NCBI GenBank assembly: GCA_965223155.1
Contig: CBDCVR010000015.1
Location: forward strand, 736,001 to 800,000
DNA length: 64,000 nt
DNA from: Candidatus Multivoradales bacterium
GTDB lineage: Bacteria > Acidobacteriota > Thermoanaerobaculia > Multivoradales > JAHEKO01
Direction of reading: 5' to 3'
Within the stretch, counting starts at the first letter, position 1, and each line of letters starts with the position of its first letter. The notes beneath the pieces are model-generated. The model had not been told where the DNA came from, did not search any database, and was given only the letters and a program-made list of their open reading frames with translations. The translations under genes were made by a program, and so were the position numbers. Below are positions 32,371 through 42,760 of this stretch, in pieces.

Positions 32371-32613
32371 CGTAAGCTTGGCCGAAAGGCTAGCACGGAG
32401 CCTCCCCGGGGAACGCGGCCACGTGCAGCACGAGCGGTGGCTGCTCGACACCGACCGCGGCTCCCGATCCGAGCCTGCGACCAGGACGTTCTTCCGCTAG
32501 GATGCTTGCCGACCCAAGACAGCTCACGATGCTCGGATACGGGGTTGTCGGGGCCTCCCAGGTCTCGTAGCCGAATCGCCATCGAGCCGTCCTCAAGCTA
32601 GCCACGGAAGACC

Positions 32614-33333
32614 ATGGGACGAGCCGAAGAACGGAAGCGGCGCAGGCGGCGGCGACGCATCTTGAAGCGTGTCGCGAGCTGGGGCCTGATCGCGGCAGCG
32701 GGCGTCCTCTACCTCCGGTGCGCGCCGGACCGGTACAACCTCACGGCCCCGCTCGATCTCACCGACCGGCCGACCTTCGTGACCCACTGGAAACTCCAGC
32801 TCGCGGGCACGCACGGCTGCTACGAAGCGCTACGCCGCGCCGGGATCCGCTTCGAGCGCCTGCCGGACGAAGTCAAGGGGCCCGGCTGCGAGTTCGAGAA
32901 CGTCGCCCGTCTGGATCAGTCCTTGGTGGACTGGGGACGGGACGTCACCCTGCGCTGCCCGATGCTGGCCGGTCTCGCGATCTGGGAGCGGCACGCCTTG
33001 CAGCCCGCGGCCCGCGAGCTTCTGGGCACTTCGGTCGTGGCGGTGCGGCACTACGGCACCTACTCGTGCCGCAACGTCAACAACGCGAAGTACGGCCGGC
33101 GGAGCGAACACGCCACCGCCAACGCCGTCGACGTCGCCGGCTTCGTCCTGGCCAACGGCGAGGACGTAAGCGTCGTCCGCGACTGGAGCTCGAACTCCGC
33201 CAAGGCTCGCTTCCTGAGACGGGTGCGCAACCAGGCCTGCGACCACTTCAACACCGTCTTGAGTCCCGACTACAACGAACTCCACCGCGACCACTTCCAC
33301 TTCGACAACGGCGGCTACGAAAGCTGCCGCTAG
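32614..33333 (+). CDS. Extensin-like C-terminal domain protein
   Basis: N-terminal TM; YSCR, SEHATANAVD, VLSPDYN..H.DHFHFD. Confidence 0.88.
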   Translation: MGRAEERKRRRRRRRILKRVASWGLIAAAGVLYLRCAPDRYNLTAPLDLTDRPTFVTHWKLQLAGTHGCYEALRRAGIRFERLPDEVKGPGCEFENVARLDQSLVDWGRDVTLRCPMLAGLAIWERHALQPAARELLGTSVVAVRHYGTYSCRNVNNAKYGRRSEHATANAVDVAGFVLANGEDVSVVRDWSSNSAKARFLRRVRNQACDHFNTVLSPDYNELHRDHFHFDNGGYESCR

Positions 33334-33425
33334 CTGGGACCAGAAGTCGAGGACCCGCCCAGCTCGCCTTCGAATGAGGCCCTCTCCGGGGCGCGGGCTA
33401 GAATGCCCGCTTCCAAGGAGGCTTC

Positions 33426-34208
33426 ATGCGGCAATCCGATACGTTTCTCGCATTCGTTCTCGTTCCCGCTCTCTTCGCCGGAGCCTGCGCTTCGGCGGGA
33501 CCTGAGGCCGCAACGCCGGCACCGACGTCGGCTTCGACTCCAGCCTCTGCGCCGGCGGCCGCCGCCCAGCCGGATCTACCGCGCGAGATCCACTGGGTGC
33601 GGAACTCGGCCGAGTACCGGGCGGTGTTCGAGCAAACCTACCGGCTCGCCGCGACGGTTCTCGAGTCGAAGGCCGCGGGCCGCGAGCCGGGAAGCTGGGC
33701 GGTGGCGATCGACGCCGATGAGACTCTGATCAGCAACTCGGAGCAGAGCAAGACCCAAGCCCTGGGGCCGCCGCGGCCCTTCGAGGAGGCCTGGGACGAG
33801 TGGGTGAACCGGCGCGAGGCGCCTGTCCTGCCCGGGGTAAGGCCGTTTCTCGAGACCGTACGCGGCCTGGGCGGCAAGATCGCGGTGGTCACCAACCGGC
33901 GCCAGCATCACTGCGACCAGACCGCCGACAACCTCCGCGCCGAGAACGTGCCGTTCGACGTCATCCTGTGCCGCACCGACGAACGCTCGAAGGAGCCTCG
34001 GTGGCAACGGGTGCGCTCGGGCGAGGCTGCCGAGGACTTGGGCCCGGTCGAGATCTTGATGTGGCTGGGCGACAACATCCACGACTTTCCCGAACTCGGC
34101 CAGGAGCTGCGAGGCGACGGAGCCGAGGCCTTCGATGCCTTCGGCGACACCTTCTTCATCTTGCCCAATCCGCTCTATGGCTCCTGGGAGCGGAACCCCC
34201 AGGATTAG
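33426..34208 (+). CDS. HAD class C acid phosphatase / 5'-nucleotidase lipoprotein, e(P4) family
   Basis: Lipobox-like AGAC; DADET, VTNR, K, GDNIHDF, LPNPLYGSW. Confidence 0.9.
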   Translation: MRQSDTFLAFVLVPALFAGACASAGPEAATPAPTSASTPASAPAAAAQPDLPREIHWVRNSAEYRAVFEQTYRLAATVLESKAAGREPGSWAVAIDADETLISNSEQSKTQALGPPRPFEEAWDEWVNRREAPVLPGVRPFLETVRGLGGKIAVVTNRRQHHCDQTADNLRAENVPFDVILCRTDERSKEPRWQRVRSGEAAEDLGPVEILMWLGDNIHDFPELGQELRGDGAEAFDAFGDTFFILPNPLYGSWERNPQD

Positions 34209-34264
34209 CAGCCCGGCAGGCAGCAACCCTAGCCGCGAACCCTGGCGGGATGTGCAGGCTCAGG

Positions 34265-36190
34265 CTACCGATCGGCCACGAGCTTTTCGACCACCGACGG
34301 GTCGGCCAGGGTCGAGACATCGCCCAGGTCACCGGTCTCGCCGGCCGCGATCTTGCGCAGGATGCGACGCATGATCTTCCCCGAGCGGGTCTTGGGGAGT
34401 CCCGGCGCGATCTGGATCCGGTCCGGGGTCGCGATCGGGCCGATCTCGGACCGGACCTGCTTGCGCAAAGTATCGACCAGCTCGTCGGCGTCGGCGTCTT
34501 CGTAGTCGTGGCTGACGAGCACGTAGGCGTAGATGCCGGTGCCCTTGATCTCGTGCGGGAAGCCGACCACCGCGGCCTCGGCCACCGCGTCGTGCGCGAC
34601 CAGAGCGCTTTCGACCTCGGCGGTGCCCATGCGATGGCCTGAGACGTTCAGCACGTCGTCCACGCGGCCGGTGATCCAGTAGTAGCCATCGGCGTCCCGG
34701 CGGCAGCCGTCGCCAGTGAAGTAGCGACCCGGAAACTGCGAGAAGTAGGTCTCGCGGAAACGCTCGTGGTCGCCCCAGATGGTGGGCGCCTGGCCGGGCC
34801 AGCTTCGGGCCATGCACAGGTTGCCGGAGACGTCGTTGCCCTCGAGCACGTTGCCCTCGTCATCCACCAAGAGAGGCTCGACGCCGAAAAGCGGCAGGGT
34901 CGCGGAGCCCGGTTTGGCCGGGGTCGCTCCGGGTAGTGGCGAGATCAGGATGCCGCCGGTTTCGGTCTGCCACCAGGTGTCCACCACCGCGCACTCGCCC
35001 CGTCCCACGACATCGTGGTACCACTGCCAGACCTCGGGATTGATGGGCTCGCCCACGGTGCCCAGGATCCGCAGGCTGTCGCGCCGCGACTTCGTGACCC
35101 ATTCGTCGCCCTCGCGCTGGATGGCCCGGATGGCGGTCGGCGCGGTGTAGAAGGTGGTCACGCCCAGGTCGTCCACGAGCTGCCAGTAGCGGCCGGCGTC
35201 CGGATAGAGCGGCGTCGATTCGAACATGACGGTGGTGGCGCCGTTCGCCAGCGGGCCGTACACGATGTAGCTGTGGCCGGTGACCCAACCGATGTCTGCG
35301 ACACAGGCGTAGACGTCGTCTTCCTGGAGGTCGAAGACGTAGCGGTGGGTCGAGGCGACGTAGGTCAGGTAGCCGCCGGTGGCATGGAGCAGCCCCTTGG
35401 GCTGGCCAGTCGAGCCCGAGGTGTAGAGGATGAAGAGCGGATCTTCCGAGTCCATCCATTCGACCGGCGCGCTTGCCCGCTCGCGCTTCATGGCGCCATC
35501 GAGCCAGAGGTCCCGGCCCTCGCGCATCGCGACCTCGGTGTCGGTGCGCTTGGCCACCAGGACCGAATCGATGAGCTCGTCGAGGCCGTCGATCGCTTCG
35601 TCCACGGTCTTCTTGAGCGGAATCGTGCGGCCGCCGCGCAGGCCCTCGTTCGCGGTCACCACCCAGCGGGCCTCAGCGTCCAGGATGCGGTCCCGGAGGG
35701 CGCTCGCCGAGAAGCCGGCGAAGACGATCGAGTGGACCGCGCCCAGCCGAGCGCAGGCGAGCATGGTGGCGGCCAGCTCCGGAATCATGGGCAGGTAGAT
35801 TGCCACCCGGTCGCCCTTGCCCACGCCTTGGCGCTGCAAGACGTTGGCGATGCGGCAGACCATGCGATGGAGCTGCTGGTAGGTGATGTGGACGTAGTGC
35901 CCGGGCTCGTCGGCGGCCCAGAGAATCGCGGTCTTGTCTCCGCGCGTCGCCAGGTGCCGGTCGACGCAGTTGTAACAAGCGTTGAGCTTGCCTCCGGGAA
36001 ACCAGGAAAAGTCGACCGCGTCGAAGCCGCCGCGAACGACCTCGTACGGCGGATGGAACCAGTCGAGCCGCTGCGCCTGCCAGAGCCAGAAGTCCTCGGG
36101 ACTTTCGAGACTCTCGCGATGGAGCACGGCGAAGTCGTCCATCGAGCCGATGTGGGCTCGTTCGGCGATCTTGGTCTTGACGGGAATCAT
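34265..36190 (-). CDS. acs: Acetyl-CoA synthetase
   Basis: [32 protein letters not shown]; AAAGGAGG RBS before the ATG at 36190. Confidence 0.96.
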   Translation of the reverse strand: MIPVKTKIAERAHIGSMDDFAVLHRESLESPEDFWLWQAQRLDWFHPPYEVVRGGFDAVDFSWFPGGKLNACYNCVDRHLATRGDKTAILWAADEPGHYVHITYQQLHRMVCRIANVLQRQGVGKGDRVAIYLPMIPELAATMLACARLGAVHSIVFAGFSASALRDRILDAEARWVVTANEGLRGGRTIPLKKTVDEAIDGLDELIDSVLVAKRTDTEVAMREGRDLWLDGAMKRERASAPVEWMDSEDPLFILYTSGSTGQPKGLLHATGGYLTYVASTHRYVFDLQEDDVYACVADIGWVTGHSYIVYGPLANGATTVMFESTPLYPDAGRYWQLVDDLGVTTFYTAPTAIRAIQREGDEWVTKSRRDSLRILGTVGEPINPEVWQWYHDVVGRGECAVVDTWWQTETGGILISPLPGATPAKPGSATLPLFGVEPLLVDDEGNVLEGNDVSGNLCMARSWPGQAPTIWGDHERFRETYFSQFPGRYFTGDGCRRDADGYYWITGRVDDVLNVSGHRMGTAEVESALVAHDAVAEAAVVGFPHEIKGTGIYAYVLVSHDYEDADADELVDTLRKQVRSEIGPIATPDRIQIAPGLPKTRSGKIMRRILRKIAAGETGDLGDVSTLADPSVVEKLVADR

Positions 36191-36410
36191 CGGCCCAGCC
36201 TCCTTTCGCAACGGCACTTGGTCGCAACGGCGTTCGGTCGCGACGGGCGCTGGGTCGCGTCGGTCGCGTCGTGGCGTTCTAGCGAACATTGATCTTAGCC
36301 GACCGAGTCCAGCGAGCGCCCCGACCGGCCGGGTGGTCTTCACCGCCCGTCCGACGTGCCGGTCGGAACGTGGAGCGAGGCCCCGCCGGGATCGGATCTC
36401 GAAGCTTTGT

Positions 36411-37130
36411 TTACCAACCGTCAAGGCCCAGAGCCGCGAGCTCGGCCTCGGCGCGCTCGGCCCAACCGCGGTTGGCCGCAGGGCTCGCCGGCGAGGGATG
36501 GAGGATGCGGCCGATCCCAACGTCGAGCCCGGCGAGCGCCCGGCGAGCGTTGTCCTCGGACCACTTGCCGATTCCGATGACAAGGCCGGGTTCCAGGGCT
36601 TCGACGGTCGCCCGCAGAGCCCGGTCGCAGACCGCAAGAAGCGGCTCGCGCTCGGCCTTTGGAAGCCGGTCGGGAGTGCGGTTCCGCCCGCTCGCCTCGA
36701 GAAACGCAAGCGGGCAGTAGTTGGCGATGAAGAAGCACTCGAAGAACGCTTCGGGCGTGCCGAAGCGCTCGCGCGCCCAGCCCCAGAGTCGGCGGCCGCT
36801 GACCTCGCTGCGCGAACAGGCGAACCCTTCCACCGGCCGCTTGGGATGCTCAACCGCGGGCTTGCCGACCGCTCCGTCGATCCCGAGCCAATCGCGCACC
36901 AGCGAGATCTCGCCGAAGGGAACCCCAGTCTGGGCCATCCCCCACGGGCCCGGGTTCATACCCAGAAACACCGCTTCCTTGGGGCCGTCGCCATAGCGCG
37001 CCAGGTAGCGTCGATGCGGCTCCCATGCGTAGCCGAGCGGGTTGTAGACGTGAGTCACCGGCTCGGCGAAGCTCAGAGCCTCGACCTCGTGAGCGAGCTT
37101 TTCGGCGATCTTTACAAGCTTCGTTGTCAA
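36411..37130 (-). CDS. SMUG1-type (family 3) uracil-DNA glycosylase
   Basis: [38 protein letters not shown]. Confidence 0.93.
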   Translation of the reverse strand: MTTKLVKIAEKLAHEVEALSFAEPVTHVYNPLGYAWEPHRRYLARYGDGPKEAVFLGMNPGPWGMAQTGVPFGEISLVRDWLGIDGAVGKPAVEHPKRPVEGFACSRSEVSGRRLWGWARERFGTPEAFFECFFIANYCPLAFLEASGRNRTPDRLPKAEREPLLAVCDRALRATVEALEPGLVIGIGKWSEDNARRALAGLDVGIGRILHPSPASPAANRGWAERAEAELAALGLDGW

Positions 37131-37235
37131 GCTGAATTCCGGGCGCGACTGCTCGTTCCGGAGGGCCAGGCGCGCGTGCTATATTCGTCGCCCTTTGGCA
37201 CAACGTCCGTCACTGTAACTCAAGGAGGAAACCCC

Positions 37236-37439
37236 ATGGCTGTAGCAAAAGTCACCGAGATCTCGTCGTGCTCCGAGAAGAGCTTCGAAGATGCCATCCA
37301 GCACGGCATCGACCGCGCCAACAAGACCCTCGACAAGATCAAGGGCGCCTGGATCAACGAGATGAAGGTGAACGTCAGCGACGGCAAGGTCAGCGAGTAC
37401 TGCGTCAACATGAAAGTGACGTTCGTCCTCAAGGACTGA
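37236..37439 (+). CDS. Dodecin family protein
   Basis: 67 aa; KVTEI...S..SFEDAI..G...A.KTL..I..AW...KVTF; AAGGAGG RBS. Confidence 0.92.
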   Translation: MAVAKVTEISSCSEKSFEDAIQHGIDRANKTLDKIKGAWINEMKVNVSDGKVSEYCVNMKVTFVLKD

Positions 37440-37474
37440 GCCCCGATCCGGGCTAGATCGAAGCTCACTGGAGG

Positions 37475-37508
37475 AGGCGCGCCCCGAGCGGGGCGCGCCT
37501 TTTCTTTT
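37475..37508 (+). terminator. Rho-independent terminator after dodecin
   Basis: AGGCGCGCCCC-gagc-GGGGCGCGCCT followed by a T-rich tract. Confidence 0.85.
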
Positions 37509-37569
37509 GCCCAGCAGGATCCAGGTCTACTGGCGGGCTTGGCGAGCCGGACCTTGGTGAGACGCCAGG

Positions 37570-39195
37570 CTAGGAGCCGATCGCGGCCGGCAGCCTGGGG
37601 CCGGCGTCGCGCACGTCTTCGGTAACCCCCCCGGCAAAGGCCACGAAGTTCGCCTCGAACATCCTTGCCAGCGCCGTCGCCTTCTCGTCGTACGCGGCCG
37701 GATCGGCCCAGGTCGAGCGCGGAATCAGAAGCTCGCTCGGCACGCCACGGATTGCCGTCGGCACCTCGAAGCCAAAGACCGGGTCGGTACGGTACTCGGC
37801 ATCCTCGAGCTCGCCCGCGAGAGCCGCGCGCACCATGCGCCGGGTGTGCTCCAGCCGGATCCGGCTGCCCGTGCCGTAGCTGCCGCCGGACCAGCCGGTA
37901 TTGACCAGCCACACGCGGGCCCCGTGACGGCGCATCTTCTCGGCCAGCATGCCGGCGTAGACGCCGGGGTGAAGCGGCATGAACGGCGCCCCGAAGCAAG
38001 CGCTGAAGGTGGCGCTCGGCTCGGTGACCCCACGTTCGGTGCCGGCGACCTTGGCCGTGTAGCCCGACAGGAAGTGATACTGAGCTTGCGCCTCGTTCAA
38101 GCGGCTGATCGGAGGCAGCACGCCAAAGGCATCGGCGGTCAGGAAGACGACGTTCTTGGGATGGCCGCAGCGGCCGTCCACATCCACACGATCCAGGTGT
38201 TCTAGCGGATAACTGCCCCGGGTGTTCTCGGTCAGGCTCGCGTCATCGAGATCGAGAGCGCGGGTCGCCCGATCCACGATCACGTTTTCGAGCACGGTAC
38301 CGAACTTGCGGGTGGTCGCGTAGATCTCGGGCTCGCCTTCGGCGGACAGCCGGATCATCTTGGCGTAGCAGCCGCCTTCCAGATTGAAGACGCCGTCGTC
38401 GCCCCAGCCGTGCTCGTCGTCGCCGATCAGAACCCGGTCCGAGTCGGCCGAGAGCGTGGTCTTGCCGGTACCGCTCAGACCGAAGAACAAAGCCGCGTCA
38501 TCGCGATCCGCACCATAGTTGCACGAGCAGTGCATCGACAGGATGCCGCGCCTGGGAAGCAGGAAATTCATCACCGAGAAGATGCTCTTCTTGATCTCCC
38601 CGGCGTAGGCGGTACCTGCGATCAGCACCGTGCGCTCCGCCAGATTGACCACGATCGCGGTCCCGCTCCGAGTCCCGTGCCGCTCGGGATCGGCGGCAAA
38701 TCCAGGGGCGGCCACAACCGTGAACTCGGGGGCGAACTCGGCGAGCACGTCGGCCTCCGTCTCGCGCACAAACATGTTGCGAGCGAAGAGACTGTGCCAG
38801 GCGAGCTCGGTCACCACCCGGACCCGCAGACGCTCGGCCGGATCGGCACCGGCGTAACCGTTGAAGACGAAGAGGTCCTTGTCGGCCAGGTACGCGGTGA
38901 GGTCTTCGCGTAGCCGCGCGAACGCCTGGGGCTCGTGAGCGACGTTGACGTCACCCCACCAGACCTCCGCCGAGGTAGTGGCATCGCGCACCAGGAAGCG
39001 ATCCTTGGGTGAGCGGCCCGTGTGCGGGCCGGTCTCGGCCACGATAGGACCGTCTTTGGCCAGGAGCGCCTCCCGCCGCCGGATGGCGTGCTCGCAGAGC
39101 TCGGCTGGAGAGAGATTCCAGTACACCGAGCCGGTGGTGTCGATCCCCTGTTCGGACAGCCCGAAACGGCTGACACTGAGACCCTCGTTCTTCAT
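37570..39195 (-). CDS. pckA: Phosphoenolpyruvate carboxykinase (ATP)
   Basis: TGRSPKD, YAGEIKK, FFGLSGTGKTTLS, IGDDEHGW, ENTR. Confidence 0.97.
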   Translation of the reverse strand: MKNEGLSVSRFGLSEQGIDTTGSVYWNLSPAELCEHAIRRREALLAKDGPIVAETGPHTGRSPKDRFLVRDATTSAEVWWGDVNVAHEPQAFARLREDLTAYLADKDLFVFNGYAGADPAERLRVRVVTELAWHSLFARNMFVRETEADVLAEFAPEFTVVAAPGFAADPERHGTRSGTAIVVNLAERTVLIAGTAYAGEIKKSIFSVMNFLLPRRGILSMHCSCNYGADRDDAALFFGLSGTGKTTLSADSDRVLIGDDEHGWGDDGVFNLEGGCYAKMIRLSAEGEPEIYATTRKFGTVLENVIVDRATRALDLDDASLTENTRGSYPLEHLDRVDVDGRCGHPKNVVFLTADAFGVLPPISRLNEAQAQYHFLSGYTAKVAGTERGVTEPSATFSACFGAPFMPLHPGVYAGMLAEKMRRHGARVWLVNTGWSGGSYGTGSRIRLEHTRRMVRAALAGELEDAEYRTDPVFGFEVPTAIRGVPSELLIPRSTWADPAAYDEKATALARMFEANFVAFAGGVTEDVRDAGPRLPAAIGS

Positions 39196-39322
39196 TGCAA
39201 CCTCGTCGGTAGTTTCTTGGAGAGCGGCCGGCGGGCGCCAGGGTAGGTCACGGCCGGAACGAGAAGTCTAACGCCATCCGCGCACCGGCTCAATCCAAAG
39301 GAAGGACGGCGCGACCGCGCTT

Positions 39323-40660
39323 CTACCGCGAGCTCAGATACTCGAGGACGACTTCGCTCATCGCGCGGATGCCCACTTCGATGGCCGAATCGTCGGCGCG
39401 AAAATCCGGCGTGTGGAGCCCGCCCGAGCGGGTTCCCTCCTTGAGGACACCCAGCCGGAAGTAGAAGCCCGGTACCTCGTTGGCGAAATAGGCGAAATCC
39501 TCGCCACCCATGGTCGGCGCACCGGCAACCACACCGGCCGCGCCTACCGCCCGCTCCAGACCCGGCCGGATCGCCCGCGCCAGCTCGGGATCATTGATCG
39601 TGGCCGGAGCGTTGTTCCGGTACTGGACGATCTCGTAGCTGCCGCCTCCGGCCTGGGTGATGCCGTCCAGGATCTCTTCCATCCGCGCCTTGACCGCCTC
39701 CCGGGTCTCAGCGCTGAAGGTCCGCACCGTGCCCTCGAGATGGACCTCGCCCGGGATGATGTTGAAGCGCTCGCCGCCGCGCAGAATGCCAACTGTCACC
39801 ACGCTCGGCTCGAGTGGAGACAGGTTGCGGGATCGAATCGTCTGGAAAGCGGAAACCGCCTGCGCGGCCATGACGATCGGGTCGCGCCCGAGGTGCGGAT
39901 AGGCGCCGTGAGACTGAGTCCCCCGGACCTTGACGACGAAGTGATCGACCGAGGCCATGACCGGACCCTCGGTGTAGCCGACCTGGCCCACGCTCAGGGT
40001 GGGCCAAGCGTGGAGACCGAAGATGGCCTCCGGCGTCGGCGGATCGAAGGCGCCTTCCTCCAGCATCAGTTTGGCGCCGCCTTCCTCGCCCGGCGGCGGC
40101 CCTTCCTCGGCGGGCTGGAAGATCACCTTGACCGTACCCGGCAGCTCGGCCTGGAGTCCCTTGAGCACTCTGGCGACCCCCAGCACCACCGCCATGTGGA
40201 TGTCGTGGCCGCAGGCGTGAGCGACGCCGACCTCCTTGCCCAGAAACTGGGTGCGGCGGGTGGACTGGAAGGGCAGACCGCTTGACTCGGTCACCGGCAG
40301 GGCATCGATGTCGGCTCGAATCGCCACCACCGGCCCGGGCTTGCCTCCCTCCAAGACGCCCACGACGCCGGTGATCGCGACCTCCCGGCGTACCGCGTAG
40401 CCGAGCGCTTCGAGCTTTTCCGCCAGAAGCTTGCCGGTCTCGAACTCCTGGTTGCCGAGCTCCGGGTTGCGGTGCAGATGGTGGCGAAGCTCGATCATGG
40501 CCGGCGCCGCGTCCCCGACCAGCCGGCCTAGCCGGTCCGGCTCGCCCCCGTCCTCGGAAACCGCCGAAACACCGGAAGCCCCGAGCGCAGGAGGAACTAC
40601 GGCGATCGCGGCTAGCGCCAGCGCGGCGGCTGGCAATCTCAAGCGGTGCGGCTGTGGCAT
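39323..40660 (-). CDS. Secreted M20D amidohydrolase
   Basis: H.NPELG.QE, RADIDAL, HACGHD, FQPAEE, GEDF, LH. Confidence 0.92.
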   Translation of the reverse strand: MPQPHRLRLPAAALALAAIAVVPPALGASGVSAVSEDGGEPDRLGRLVGDAAPAMIELRHHLHRNPELGNQEFETGKLLAEKLEALGYAVRREVAITGVVGVLEGGKPGPVVAIRADIDALPVTESSGLPFQSTRRTQFLGKEVGVAHACGHDIHMAVVLGVARVLKGLQAELPGTVKVIFQPAEEGPPPGEEGGAKLMLEEGAFDPPTPEAIFGLHAWPTLSVGQVGYTEGPVMASVDHFVVKVRGTQSHGAYPHLGRDPIVMAAQAVSAFQTIRSRNLSPLEPSVVTVGILRGGERFNIIPGEVHLEGTVRTFSAETREAVKARMEEILDGITQAGGGSYEIVQYRNNAPATINDPELARAIRPGLERAVGAAGVVAGAPTMGGEDFAYFANEVPGFYFRLGVLKEGTRSGGLHTPDFRADDSAIEVGIRAMSEVVLEYLSSR

Positions 40661-40690
40661 GTTGTCTCTCCTGATCAACTAGTCGTGTTG

Positions 40691-40815
40691 GGGTCTATCC
40701 GCCGAGTCGGTCCGATTGGGGATCCCACGGGTCTACTCAACGGGTCTGGCCGACGGCCTGCCCGACCGATCTACTCATGGGCTTCGGCCCGGCTTGCGCC
40801 GCGAGTCTATCCCGC
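40691..40815. repeat. Degenerate ~38-bp period intergenic repeat
   Basis: TCTAYYC cores at 40694, 40732, 40770, 40806. Confidence 0.45.
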
Positions 40816-41039
40816 CACCCCCGCCGTCCCGGGGCACGGCTCCAGGCGCTTCCAGGCACTCACACCGTGTCGATCGATCCCGGCTCCGGCCGGCCAGGCC
40901 GCCGCATGACCCGCGTTCGGAGCCGTCCCAGGACCCGCTCCGTGGGGTAAGCTAAAGCGTCTCCGGACCGCCTGCCGGAGCTCGGTTCCGGGCGGCCCCC
41001 GAGTTCAGAGTCTCGAGATTCGACGAGGAATCCTTTCGC

Positions 41040-42677
41040 TTGCGCATCGAAGGTAGCAAGATCCTGATCCTGGGCGGCTCCGGCCTGGTGGGCCTGGCCG
41101 TTTGCCGGGAGCTCCTGGAGCGCCGGCCCGGAGAAATCCGGATCCACAGCCTGTCTCGTGAGGAGTCGGATGAGGCCCTGGCCGAGCTGGCTCCCGAGGC
41201 CGCCGCATCCGGCAACGTGCGGCTCTCAGCTTCCCACGGCGACGTTTTCGGCCTGGCCGACGGCGGCTCGCGCCGGGACGAGATCCGGGCGCAGCTCGAA
41301 CAGCTCCGGGACGAGGACTTGAACCACTTCCTCCTCTACCAGATTTTGCACGAGCTCGAGCCCGACATCGTCATCGACTGCGTCAACACGGCGACCGCCA
41401 TCGCCTACCGCAACGTCTACGACTCGGCCGAGCGGGTCCTGGACCAGGTTCTGGCCGACCAGGTCGACGTCGGCTCGAGCGAACAGCTTCTCGAAGCGCT
41501 CTACGTGCCGCGCCTCATCCGTCATATCCAGATCCTCTACCGGGGCATGCAGGACGCCGGCACCGGCGCCTACATCAAGGTCGGCACCAGCGGCACTGGC
41601 GGCATGGGCCTGAACGTCCCGTACACCCACTCCGAGGAACGGCCCAGCCGGGTCTTGCTGTCGAAAAGCGCCGTCGCCGGGGCACACTCCCTGCTGCTCT
41701 TCCTCATGGCCCGAACCCCCGGAGCGCCGATCACCAAAGAGATCAAGCCTGCGGCCGCGATCGCCTGGAAGAAGATCGATCGTGGACCCATTGCTCGGAA
41801 GCGCCAGCCGATCTACTTGATGGATACCCAGCCCACGCCGATCGGCGAGACCTTCTCGACCTTCGACGAGAGCGCCGCCGAGAAGCGCGACGACATTCTG
41901 ACCACGGCCTACATCGATACCGGCGAGAACGGCATCTTCAGTCTCGAAGAGTTCGCGCTTCTGACCACAGCCGAGCAGATGGAGTTCGTCACTCCCGAGG
42001 AGATCGCCCAGTATCTGGTGTTCGAGATCGAGGGCGGCAACACCGGCCACGACATCATCAACGCGCTCGACAACGCCGTTTTGGGGCCCACCTACCGCGC
42101 CGGCCTCATGCGGCACTGGGCCTTGGAACGAATGAGCGAGCTCGAAGCCGAGGGCGAAACCCGGAGCGTAGGGTTCGAGATGCTGGGTCCCCCACGCAAC
42201 ACCAAGCTCCTGTTCGAGGCCCACCTGCTGCGCGAAGCTTTCGGAACCATGGCCGCGGTGCGCGCGGCCTCGCCGGCCGAGGCCGCCAAGCGCCTCGACG
42301 CGCTGGTCCGCGAGAATCACAGGATCGCGAGCGAGGTAGTCTCGGTCGGCATTCCGATCCTCCTGGCCTCGGGCGAGATCCTGCGCGGCCAGAGCGTCAT
42401 CGTGCCGGCCGACGCCGACGACGTGGCGGTGACACCCGAGCGCGTCGAAGGCTGGGTCCGGGACGGCTGGGTGGACTTGCGGGAAGCTAACTGTGCTTCC
42501 TGGATCGAGCGTTTCCGCCGGATCCAGGACGAGATCAAGGCGATTCCCGAGCACGATTCCTCCAGCCGCTATATGAGAACCGCCCGCTTCTGGCACGACG
42601 ACAGCGAGATCCAGCCCGGCAAGGTCGTGGGTTGGATCCTGTCGGTCGAAGAACAGGGCGAGCGCCTGAAACACTGA
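41040..42677 (+). CDS. Uncharacterised NAD(P)-binding Rossmann-fold (SDR-like) protein
   Basis: ILILGGSGLVG; KVGTSGTGGMGLN.PYTHSEE; DTGENG; GAGGA RBS before TTG. Confidence 0.8.
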   Translation: MRIEGSKILILGGSGLVGLAVCRELLERRPGEIRIHSLSREESDEALAELAPEAAASGNVRLSASHGDVFGLADGGSRRDEIRAQLEQLRDEDLNHFLLYQILHELEPDIVIDCVNTATAIAYRNVYDSAERVLDQVLADQVDVGSSEQLLEALYVPRLIRHIQILYRGMQDAGTGAYIKVGTSGTGGMGLNVPYTHSEERPSRVLLSKSAVAGAHSLLLFLMARTPGAPITKEIKPAAAIAWKKIDRGPIARKRQPIYLMDTQPTPIGETFSTFDESAAEKRDDILTTAYIDTGENGIFSLEEFALLTTAEQMEFVTPEEIAQYLVFEIEGGNTGHDIINALDNAVLGPTYRAGLMRHWALERMSELEAEGETRSVGFEMLGPPRNTKLLFEAHLLREAFGTMAAVRAASPAEAAKRLDALVRENHRIASEVVSVGIPILLASGEILRGQSVIVPADADDVAVTPERVEGWVRDGWVDLREANCASWIERFRRIQDEIKAIPEHDSSSRYMRTARFWHDDSEIQPGKVVGWILSVEEQGERLKH

Positions 42678-42760
42678 TCCTCGCGACGCTTCCGGTGAGA
42701 AGATCGAGTTAGCCGCAGTCGAACCAACGCCATCCTCGGATACCAGGAGATCGCACGCCC

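Noticed and set aside
32138-32605. Possible RiPP precursor or PqqD gene upstream of the nucleotidyltransferase
   Set aside because: The short ORFs lack a lasso leader or PqqD pattern and a convincing RBS
34265-37439. 862-aa acs ORF and 485-aa ORF ending in dodecin
   Set aside because: The N-terminal extensions overlap other genes; strong RBS + ATG at 36190 and 37236 mark the real starts
40691-40815. CRISPR interpretation of the periodic motif
   Set aside because: The conserved core is only ~7-10 bp, the period is 36-38 bp, and there are no cas genes
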